DNA of 64,000 nucleotides from the NCBI GenBank assembly GCA_041601945.1, contig JBFIHG010000005.1, positions 2,023 to 66,022 of the forward strand, read 5' to 3'. The stretch comes from Porticoccaceae bacterium. Lineage in GTDB: Bacteria > Pseudomonadota > Gammaproteobacteria > Pseudomonadales > Porticoccaceae. The stretch's first letter is position 1. Each line of letters begins with the position of its first letter. Made by a program: the position numbers and the translations under genes. A model generated the notes under the pieces. The model did no database searches. It was not told the DNA's origin and saw only the letters and a program-made list of their open reading frames with translations. Below are positions 19,501 to 26,298 of the stretch, in pieces.

Positions 19501-19975
19501 GGTAGTGCCGGTACTCAATCTAATAGAATTAACCAACAACTCGCCAACTGTGGCCAGCGTTGCCCGTGGCCCCTCCGAGGACGAGAACAAAAGCGCCGCA
19601 GAGGTGCGACAGGTGCTGGTGGTTGATGATTCGTTAAGCGCCAGAAACACCTTGATCGAATTGGTACAGGATGCTGGGTTCGAGCCCGTGGCGGCGCGCG
19701 ATGGTATAGAGGCAGTTAAATTACTGCAAAAGGTGGTGCCGGCTCTGGTTCTCACCGACCTGGAAATGCCACGTATGAACGGCCTTGAACTGACCTCGCA
19801 TATCCGTGGTACCGAAGGTATCAAGCATCTCCCCATTATCATGATCACCTCTCGCACCTTGCAGAAACATCGGGATCAGGCCGACAGCGCGGGGGTGACG
19901 GAGTATGTGACCAAGCCGTTCTCCGAGGAGCGCTTAATGACGCTGGTCGCGAGTTATATGGCGAGAGCTCGCTAG
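16568..19975 (+). CDS. chpA: ChpA-like hybrid CheA histidine kinase (Hpt modules, HATPase, CheW domain, C-terminal receiver)
   Basis: ATG 16568 is preceded by GAGAGAAG (the ORF opens at TTG 16553). Hpt is ISHTLKGSANMLG, the N-box is HLLRNAVDHGIE, G1 is DDGAGLD and G2 is GRGVGMDAV. The terminal receiver shows VLVVDDS and LVLTDLEMP. Confidence 0.9.
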   Translation: MGMTAEIEILHGVIGATAELLPELIPLLMGAGDEPAQGLTSLQEQLDNISMTAGFAGLEGLSRASELLSEYLATCCGTDQPLPPAELDKLVAWITQAQLYLQFPAPVEVITALLEPVPEERRAVLYDVLVQESGGNAAPADESYADSEFPEIPDAAPGLALVSELPAMPPEQIASFDDMDDMLAGDGPGGVETSILGMLRQEIEEITPRLSQCATAIGGTSELADAGRDLASYGELIERLHAASTGAGLDGMVQIADFLTTNLGLLLTAEDEPRRAMVPLLAGWPGPVTAYLAEPADNSLCLAAVKYLENPQWLQPLLDGNVKQLLKGLVKDAETSGECVGEVRATQATPEDVELKIADDVTAELVEAFFTESPRYAEQLATHIASIAKGEDVQNHLAASQRISHTLKGSANMLGVKGLANLSHHLEDIFEHLAQKDAAPPKPLAALMQEAADTIEVMLEALQGISPPPEDAQQVLQDVLNWANRIDRGDIRSEDFHEGARGARVKVVGGSAEANDVAGEQEGPAQAQMQEALRVPRDLIDNVLNMVGEAAISLSQIQERLLNLRASGVAMRRNDSVLQTRRFELEEQVSVRGVAAQQKGLVANGDHFDTLEMDQYDEFYTATHSFIEAVSDTREASREIIEEVLRLENLFLHQQRLNRALQDMVMSTRTVAVSSISPRLQRAVRQAARMTGKEVVLDIRGEQLMVDGDVVAKLVDPLMHLLRNAVDHGIESPQERKEKGKDDTGVITLEYEQAGNNIVVSCRDDGAGLDYDRILKLALEKGLVRDNETLEREAIARLILARGFSTREEATQVSGRGVGMDAVHAAIVELKGTMEIGDNRSGGTAIELRLPVTLLTSHSVVISVGDLQYGIPTDTLMQILSAGVGVASSIGGELAYTLGRDIYPLRSLSSLLGQADNGNGDATHYEGKVILLARTDQGISAIAVDQVLSSHELVVKNLGKYVGHVRGIAGVSLLGDGRVVPVLNLIELTNNSPTVASVARGPSEDENKSAAEVRQVLVVDDSLSARNTLIELVQDAGFEPVAARDGIEAVKLLQKVVPALVLTDLEMPRMNGLELTSHIRGTEGIKHLPIIMITSRTLQKHRDQADSAGVTEYVTKPFSEERLMTLVASYMARAR

Positions 19976-20442
19976 TGGAATTAGTGGGCGAAGGTAGCGG
20001 GCTTGCGTTACTGGGTTTTGGGTCACATCTACTAGCTGTGCCATTAAGTAGTCTGGTGAGCATAGAACACACCGGCAAGCTGACACCACCGCACGAAGCG
20101 TCTCCCGGAGCGTTTGCAGCACTGGATGTCGCCGGCCAGCACACACCGGTTTACGCTTTCACGGACGCGTACAGTTTATTTAACCGGGACCGCTACCCTG
20201 GACATTTTTGCGTGGTGTTGCGTGCCGATGACGGTGCCCGCCAGTTTGCACTGGCGTGCGCCAATGTGGAACAGCTACGCACGGAGAGCGAATACTCTGG
20301 TTTGCAAATGCTGCCGGATTGCATGCAACTCCCGGGCAGTCCGTTTGCGGGGTTATTCATGCGTGGCGAGCAGCTCGTATTGACAGCCGATGCTTCAAGT
20401 TTACTCGACTTCATCGAAAGTCAGTGTGGCCAACATGAGTGA
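19975..20442 (+). CDS. CheW-like protein
   Basis: A 155-aa protein. Its GTG start overlaps the chpA TAG by 1 nt (TAGTG). The CheW-like pattern is LLGFGSHLLAVPLSSLVSIEH ... PVYAFTD. Confidence 0.65.
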   Translation: MELVGEGSGLALLGFGSHLLAVPLSSLVSIEHTGKLTPPHEASPGAFAALDVAGQHTPVYAFTDAYSLFNRDRYPGHFCVVLRADDGARQFALACANVEQLRTESEYSGLQMLPDCMQLPGSPFAGLFMRGEQLVLTADASSLLDFIESQCGQHE

Positions 20443-20947
20443 TGGCGACGACGTCGTACAACAATTCCCGGCCTGGCTTTTGACGGGCGCGCCCGGTTAT
20501 CATCTGGCGGCAGGTATTCACGAAGTTCAGGAGTACATGGTAGCCCCCGGCATTCTGGAGGTGCCGCTCTCGCCGCCGCACTGCCCGCAGTTAATTCTAT
20601 GGCGCGACCAGTTTGTACCCCTGTTTGATTTACGTCGGCTGCATGACCATAACCTGACGCGTGCAGACGCGGCGCCCCCTGTTTCTGGAGTTATCGTACT
20701 GGCTTATCAGCGGGAACCGGGCTTAGCTCTGGAATATTTGGCGCTTTTTTTGTACGCAGAGCCGCAGAAAATCCTGGTCGACGACAGCGCGGCAGTCATC
20801 TGGCCAACGGAGTATCCACAGGCGCTGCGGGGTTTGGTGCGCTCGTTGTTTATGCACGACGACAGGGTGGTGTCGGTGCTTGATCTGGCCGCTCTGGCCA
20901 GCGCTCGTTACCTGAATTTTCTGGTTGCCAACGGTTTTACTGATTAA
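20435..20947 (+). CDS. CheW-like protein
   Basis: ATG 20435 overlaps the upstream gene by 8 nt (the ORF opens at 20390). The CheW-like pattern is HLAAGIHEVQEYM ... ILWRDQFVPLFDLRRL. Confidence 0.65.
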   Translation: MSDGDDVVQQFPAWLLTGAPGYHLAAGIHEVQEYMVAPGILEVPLSPPHCPQLILWRDQFVPLFDLRRLHDHNLTRADAAPPVSGVIVLAYQREPGLALEYLALFLYAEPQKILVDDSAAVIWPTEYPQALRGLVRSLFMHDDRVVSVLDLAALASARYLNFLVANGFTD

Positions 20948-20970
20948 CAGTTATATGGCGCCCAATCGTA

Positions 20971-21357
20971 TCAAAGTTGGCCATAGCGATGCATTTCTTC
21001 TAATACCTGGCCATCGGTAAAGGGTTTGCAGATATAGGCATCGCCGCCCTGGCGTTCCGCCCACATGCGATCCACGCGCTGGGTGCGGGCACTGACAAAA
21101 ATAACCGGAATATGACTGGTGTGGGGGTCGAGTTTTAGCAGGCGACAAGCATTGTATCCATCCAGACCTTCCATGACGACGTCCATAAAAATCAGGTCGG
21201 GCTGCTGTGCGCGGGCCGCATTGACAGCATCCTCGCCGTCACAGGCGGTGATGACAGTGACGTTTAACGACCCAAGCGCAAGTGTGAGCCGGCGCAGGTC
21301 CGTTGGAGAATCATCTACTAACAAAACTTTTTGAACGGCCATGGGTAGCCCTGTCAT
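20971..21357 (-). CDS. PilH-like single-domain response regulator (paralogue of 13252..13614)
   Basis: It shows MAVQKVLLVDDSPTD, LIFMDVVMEGLDGYNAC and SARTQRVDRMWAERQGGDAYICKP. The probable start is ATG 21342, by analogy with the paralogue's MAVAKVLVVDD. Confidence 0.85.
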   Translation of the reverse strand: MTGLPMAVQKVLLVDDSPTDLRRLTLALGSLNVTVITACDGEDAVNAARAQQPDLIFMDVVMEGLDGYNACRLLKLDPHTSHIPVIFVSARTQRVDRMWAERQGGDAYICKPFTDGQVLEEMHRYGQL

Positions 21358-21528
21358 CGTTATTTTTGGTTGGTAGTGCAGATGTAGCCCTTTATGGCGC
21401 GCCAGTATGTTAGATTTTCTAAAAAATACAAGGTGCTGGTGGCAGTTGCCGGGTGATCTCTTCGGGTCGTCGGTTTTTGGGTTAGTATCCCGACAAAACG
21501 ATTAGTCTCGTAGTTATGTGGCTGGCAC

Positions 21529-22488
21529 CTAATCTTTCTGCAGCTTGAATTCAATCGGTATGGTAAAAACTGCCGAGTCGACATCCATTCCTGGCGCAAA
21601 GGCCGCAAATGGACTCGCCTTGATTACCGCGGCACGGGCGGCGCGATTAAGCGCCGCGTGAGGGGTACTCTGAGTTATTTCATAGGACGCGAGGGATCCA
21701 TCTCGGTTCACCGTCAGCAACAGGGTGACGATGCCTTCTTCGCCCCGTCTGATAGATGAACTGGGATAGCGCGTTGAGGGGTATACTTTTTTTAGTATTT
21801 CTTCGGCATACATAGTCATCTGTGGAGAGTCGATTACCTCGGCAGAGGTGCTGTCGGAGCTGACACTGGGTGTGGCGGTGTCGAGTTTCCACGCCGCGAC
21901 TTCCTGCTTGCGCTGGCTGGTGGGCTGTAGTGCAATATAGCGTTGCATCAACGCCGGATCCTTGGCCCCACCCAGTAGATTTGCACGAAATTCAGGCGAA
22001 GGGGCCGCATTTCCAACAAAGCAGTTGATGAGCAGCGTAAAAATATCTTTGTTTGGGTAAATATCCCCGAGTCGCGTATCGTTAAGGATTAACGCAGTAC
22101 CTTCGCCTGGTCTATAGGTCGCACGCATGATATCGCTGGCTTTCAGGTCGCCCTTGATTGTAGAGAACATATCGGTAAGAGCCGGTGTGGTTTTATCTAT
22201 CAGGGTTTGCGGGTTGTTGGCAGACGTACAGGTCTGCCAAAGGACTATCCAGTCGGCACGACTGACATCCCGCACAATATGCACCTCTCCAGTCTTGGCT
22301 ACTTCTGAGCCGAGCAGCAGTGCTGGATCGTCCGTAGGCTGTTCGGTCAGGATGGCAGCGATAAACACTTCCTGGTCGTCGTAGTGGTAGGAGGCGATAC
22401 CATTTAGCTGTTCTGCGGTTCCGTAACCAATACTGGAAAAACTTGTGGCGGCGATAGTTAACAGCCAGTTTTTCAGGACTTTGGGCAT
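21529..22488 (-). CDS. secreted/anchored protein with a C-terminal TonB-C domain
   Basis: The C-terminus YPSSSIRRGEEGIVTLLLTVNRDGSLASYEITQSTPHAALNRAARAAV is a TonB_C fold. The probable start is MPKVLKNWLLTIAATSFS (ATG 22488; the ORF opens at 22545). The N-terminal ~230 aa have no assigned family. Confidence 0.7.
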   Translation of the reverse strand: MPKVLKNWLLTIAATSFSSIGYGTAEQLNGIASYHYDDQEVFIAAILTEQPTDDPALLLGSEVAKTGEVHIVRDVSRADWIVLWQTCTSANNPQTLIDKTTPALTDMFSTIKGDLKASDIMRATYRPGEGTALILNDTRLGDIYPNKDIFTLLINCFVGNAAPSPEFRANLLGGAKDPALMQRYIALQPTSQRKQEVAAWKLDTATPSVSSDSTSAEVIDSPQMTMYAEEILKKVYPSTRYPSSSIRRGEEGIVTLLLTVNRDGSLASYEITQSTPHAALNRAARAAVIKASPFAAFAPGMDVDSAVFTIPIEFKLQKD

Positions 22489-22869
22489 GGGCGCAGTTTC
22501 CAAAAGGATTGTTTTGACAATGTAAAGTCGAGTAAAAGCGCGCATATTCTAGCATATTGAATTCCGCCGGGGGACTGCTTGTGGAAAGCATTTAGCAAGA
22601 CCAAAACCCACACGGTGCTGCGCAGTTATCAATTGCCGTCGGCCCCGGCCACAATTGCGCGCATACAGGGTATGATTGTGATCGGGAAAGATAGTTGTCA
22701 GGTTACAATTGGGCTCAGGGGTTGTGATCGTCATCGACCGGGTCGCGGGAATGGAAATCTGCAAAAGTTAAAAATAGCCCATCACCTTCCTGGCTGCTGC
22801 GTTTGGTTGCGCCGGATATAACCAGGTTTGTAACGATGGCTGCTTGTCATTGATATACGGGGAACGAAA

Positions 22870-23523
22870 ATGCAGATAAAACGAGCAACGGCATTCGATG
22901 ACCAGGAGCTTGCGCGAAAATTATCGCCGTTACATTATTTTCAGGAAATCCGCAAAAATGATGAGAATCAATTTCGCACGCTGATTTTCAATTCCCGGTT
23001 CGTGGAGCTACAGCCCGGTGAGTTTTTAATGAATCAGGGGGATAGCGATCAATACATTTATTTTTTGATGAAGGGTGCCCTTGAGGTTTGTGCCGATAGT
23101 CGCGGTGAGATGGTACTCGGGGCATTAATGCCCGGCGAGGTTTTTGGTGAGACAGCGGTGATTTTGGGAAGACCGCGCACGGCCTACATTCGCGCTCCGG
23201 ACAAGGGGCGGGAAGCGCAGGTATTTGCCACTGACTTCAGCATCTTTCAGGATTTACATAGCCACCAGTTGGTAACGTTGCAAACCAAGTTAATCGTTTA
23301 CCGGCAGATGGTACACGTATTGCGTTGGCGGAACGATCAGCACCAATCGCGGACTGCGGGCAGTGTAAAACCACGCACTGCGTACGGTATATTGCCATTC
23401 AGCGGAACACTGGGTACTCAGGCAGAGCTGGAGTCTCTGGTTGGCCAGGCGAGGTACTACGCTGAACGATTACAGCAACTCAACGAGGAACTGGGCGCTG
23501 TGCGCAATAGCGTCGCGGGTTGA
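22870..23523 (+). CDS. stand-alone cyclic-nucleotide-binding domain protein
   Basis: The cNMP-binding beta-barrel pattern is FLMNQGDSDQYIYFLMKGALEV ... GEVFGETAVILGRPRTAYIRA. The C-terminal half has no recognisable HTH or enzymatic domain. Confidence 0.75.
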   Translation: MQIKRATAFDDQELARKLSPLHYFQEIRKNDENQFRTLIFNSRFVELQPGEFLMNQGDSDQYIYFLMKGALEVCADSRGEMVLGALMPGEVFGETAVILGRPRTAYIRAPDKGREAQVFATDFSIFQDLHSHQLVTLQTKLIVYRQMVHVLRWRNDQHQSRTAGSVKPRTAYGILPFSGTLGTQAELESLVGQARYYAERLQQLNEELGAVRNSVAG

Positions 23524-23562
23524 TTCCTGTAGTGCACCGCTAATGATTGGTCGTAATGCATA

Positions 23563-24654
23563 ATGTCCTCTGCACCGTTAAAAATCCGAAAAATTATTCA
23601 CTGTGACTGTGATTGCTTTTTTGCTGCAGTTGAAATGCGCGATGAACCGACTCTGCGCACTGTTCCCTTGGCAGTGGGTGGGGCAGCGGATAAAAGGGGT
23701 GTCATAGCGACCTGTAATTACCTCGCTCGAGACTATGGTGTGCACTCGGCAATGCCTACGGCGCGCGCGCTGCGTCTGTGTCCCGCGCTGGTGGTGATTC
23801 CACCCAATTTCGCCAAATACCAACAAGTCGCCCGGGAAATCCGGGCTATTTTTTGCGACTACACCGAGAAAGTTGAGCCTTTGTCACTGGATGAAGCTTT
23901 TCTCGACGTGACGGATTGTACCCAGCACCGGGGCAGTGCCACGCTAATTGGCGAAGAAATTAGAACGCGAGTGTCCGCAACCCTGGGCATTACTATTTCG
24001 GTGGGCATTGCAGAGAACAAATTTCTGGCCAAAATCGCCAGCGACTGGCGTAAGCCCAATGGACTTTTTGTCATTACGCCAGACCAAACGGATGATTTCG
24101 TGCGCGCACTGGCGGTGCGAAAATTGTTTGGCGTGGGTGAGGCGACGGAAAAAAAGCTCTCACAGCTGGGTGTGAGCACTTGCGCTGATTTGCGTGCTGT
24201 CGACTTGGCGACACTGCTCGAAAAGTTTGGGGCCATGGGGGAGCGACTTTATCAATTATGCAGAGGTGTCGATACCCGGGCTGTGGTGCCCGACCGACGC
24301 CGAAAATCGTTAAGTATCGAGCATACCTATGACGTCGATCTGGAGGACAGCGCGGCATGCCTCACTAGAATCCCCGCACTGGTGGACGGTCTGATCACGC
24401 GACTCACACGGGTAGACGACAGCTACACAGTCGTCAAACAATTTCTAAAAATACGTTTCGATAACTTCAGTATTACCACCATCGAACGCAGCGGCAGTCA
24501 GATTGATTCTGAATTCTATAGCATGCTATGCGCGGAGGCCTGGCAGCGCGCTGCCAGGCCGGTGCGCTTGCTGGGTGTTGGGGTGAGGTTCGCGGACATT
24601 CCAGGGGCGAGCGAAGCCCGTAGCGCGGACATGCAGCCTCAGCTTTTTCCGTGA
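23563..24654 (+). CDS. dinB: DNA polymerase IV
   Basis: It carries IIHCDCDCFFAAVEMRDEP, PLSLDEAFLDVT and ISVGIAENKFLAKIASD. The length is 363 aa. Confidence 0.9.
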   Translation: MSSAPLKIRKIIHCDCDCFFAAVEMRDEPTLRTVPLAVGGAADKRGVIATCNYLARDYGVHSAMPTARALRLCPALVVIPPNFAKYQQVAREIRAIFCDYTEKVEPLSLDEAFLDVTDCTQHRGSATLIGEEIRTRVSATLGITISVGIAENKFLAKIASDWRKPNGLFVITPDQTDDFVRALAVRKLFGVGEATEKKLSQLGVSTCADLRAVDLATLLEKFGAMGERLYQLCRGVDTRAVVPDRRRKSLSIEHTYDVDLEDSAACLTRIPALVDGLITRLTRVDDSYTVVKQFLKIRFDNFSITTIERSGSQIDSEFYSMLCAEAWQRAARPVRLLGVGVRFADIPGASEARSADMQPQLFP

Positions 24655-24656
24655 GG

Positions 24657-24685
24657 AAAAACCAGGGCGCTGCGCGCGGCGCCCT
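24657..24685 (-). terminator. intrinsic terminator after the aldehyde dehydrogenase gene (possibly bidirectional with dinB)
   Basis: A GC-rich hairpin, AGGGCGC(24664-24670)/GCGCCCT(24679-24685). On the minus strand it is followed by TTTTT (the complement of 24657-24661). On the plus strand only a weak TCTTT follows. Confidence 0.55.
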
Positions 24686-24710
24686 TCTTTGCGAAAGCCT
24701 TAAGCCAGCC

Positions 24711-26144
24711 TCACAGCTTGAACTTGTTCAGTAAGCTATACAATTTTTCATGGGCGCCGGTGTAAGGCGGATAAAATAAATCCGGCTTGCCAAATTTTGG
24801 AAAATTGAAGACCGGGCGCAATTTGCTGAACTCCAGAAAGCCCTCGTAGCCGTGATAATGGCCCATGCCGCTGGCGCCAACACCGCCAAAGGGCAGGTCG
24901 TGTTGCAATGCGTGAAACACGCAGTTGTTAAATAATACGCCGCCGGACATGGTGTTGTGTACAATTTTCGCCTGAATTTGTTGGTTGTGGGTAAAGGCGT
25001 ATAACGCCAGAGGCCGGTCGCGTTGATTGATGTAATCCAGCACTTCGTCGAGAGAGCGATAGGTCATGATGGGTAGCAGCGGGCCAAAAATTTCTTCCTG
25101 TAATAGACGCATGTCCTGGGAAACATTGATGAGCAGATGCGGCGGAAATTTGCGTAGTTCGCTGTTGAAATCCCCATCCACCAGTTTAACCGCAGTGGCA
25201 CCCTTGGCCACTGCATCGTCCAGGGTTTCACGCAAACGCGTAAACGACGGCCCGTCAATCACCGACGTATAGCTAGGCTCATCTATGTTCGGATAGCGCT
25301 GACCCACTATTCGTTTGGCAAGTGCGACGAATTCGTCTACTTTGCCTTCCGGTAAAAACAGGTAGTCGGGCGCGATACAGGTCTGACCGGCATTCAGAAA
25401 CTTGGTGTATAGCAGGCGCTGCGCCGCTTCCTTAAGGTCGAAATCATCGCACACGATGGTGGGTGATTTACCACCCAGTTCGAGAGTTACCGGGCACAGA
25501 TTTTCTGCCGCGGATTTCATCACGGTGCGACCGCTCTCGGCAGAACCGGTGTAAATAATATGGTCGAAAGGCAATGAGGTGAATTCGGACCCGCGTACCC
25601 CGGGCAAAAATGCCACCAGGTCGTCGCCAAAGGTCTCCGCACAAAGCTTTTGCAGAAGGCGACAGAGATTGTCCGAATTGGTCGCCAGTTTAACCATACA
25701 GCGATTGCCAGCGGCAAGGGCGCTGACAATGGGACCAATGCTTAAAAACAACGGGTAGTTCCAGGGGGTGACGACGCCCACCAACCCCTTGGGTTGTGGC
25801 AACACCCGGTTTTTGCCGGTCGCAAACAGAATGGAGACGTGGCGCTTCTGAGGTTTCATCCATTTTTTGAGTTTCTTGCGGGCATCCCGTATGCCGGACA
25901 GGCTACTGAATATTTCCACCAATTTGGTTTCGATCACGCTGCGGTGACCAAAATCTGTAGAGATGGCCGCTGCGATGGCATCCGCGTTGTTATTGATTAA
26001 GGTCTCCAGTTTGGCGAGGTTATCCATACGTTGCGTATAACTGGGGTACGGATCCGCGCGATAGGCTGCCTTTTGCTGCATAAACACCCGCTGTGCGTCA
26101 TTTTCCGGGGCTTTGAACTCTCTTATTTGCGCTGCTTGAGCCAT
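24711..26144 (-). CDS. NAD(P)-dependent aldehyde dehydrogenase (ALDH3/coniferyl-aldehyde-dehydrogenase-like)
   Basis: It carries the catalytic motifs LELGGKSP and NAGQTCIAPDY. ATG 26144 is preceded by GAGGAA; the ORF opens at GTG 26165. Confidence 0.9.
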   Translation of the reverse strand: MAQAAQIREFKAPENDAQRVFMQQKAAYRADPYPSYTQRMDNLAKLETLINNNADAIAAAISTDFGHRSVIETKLVEIFSSLSGIRDARKKLKKWMKPQKRHVSILFATGKNRVLPQPKGLVGVVTPWNYPLFLSIGPIVSALAAGNRCMVKLATNSDNLCRLLQKLCAETFGDDLVAFLPGVRGSEFTSLPFDHIIYTGSAESGRTVMKSAAENLCPVTLELGGKSPTIVCDDFDLKEAAQRLLYTKFLNAGQTCIAPDYLFLPEGKVDEFVALAKRIVGQRYPNIDEPSYTSVIDGPSFTRLRETLDDAVAKGATAVKLVDGDFNSELRKFPPHLLINVSQDMRLLQEEIFGPLLPIMTYRSLDEVLDYINQRDRPLALYAFTHNQQIQAKIVHNTMSGGVLFNNCVFHALQHDLPFGGVGASGMGHYHGYEGFLEFSKLRPVFNFPKFGKPDLFYPPYTGAHEKLYSLLNKFKL

Positions 26145-26298
26145 GGCTAATTTCCTCGCTATCACCGCATATGTGGGGGTTGATTATAGGTGCACTCGAC
26201 GATTAAAGCCTATTGGTTCCTTCCGGTAAAGTACGGAGTGTTCTGGCATTTTGGCATTTGACCGAGATCGCGCCAGCTGTTGCTAGGTATCTAAATAG

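Noticed and set aside
21523-21541. TGGCAC on the plus strand (TGGCACCTAATCTTTCTGCA), resembling a sigma54 -24 element.
   Set aside because: No TTGC sits at the required spacing. It also points into the 3' end of a minus-strand gene, so it has no gene to drive.
22579-22821. An 80-aa ORF (and the 71-aa ORF 22549..22764 on the other strand) inside the 324-bp intergenic region upstream of the cNMP-binding gene.
   Set aside because: Neither has a ribosome-binding site, a family signature or coding-like composition. The region is more plausibly a promoter and leader.
26244-26260. A tandem TGGCATTT TGGCATTT between gcvP and the aldehyde dehydrogenase gene, considered as a sigma54 site.
   Set aside because: The GG-to-GC spacing is 9 rather than 12. 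The orientation is opposite to both flanking genes. It is probably a chance 8-bp repeat.
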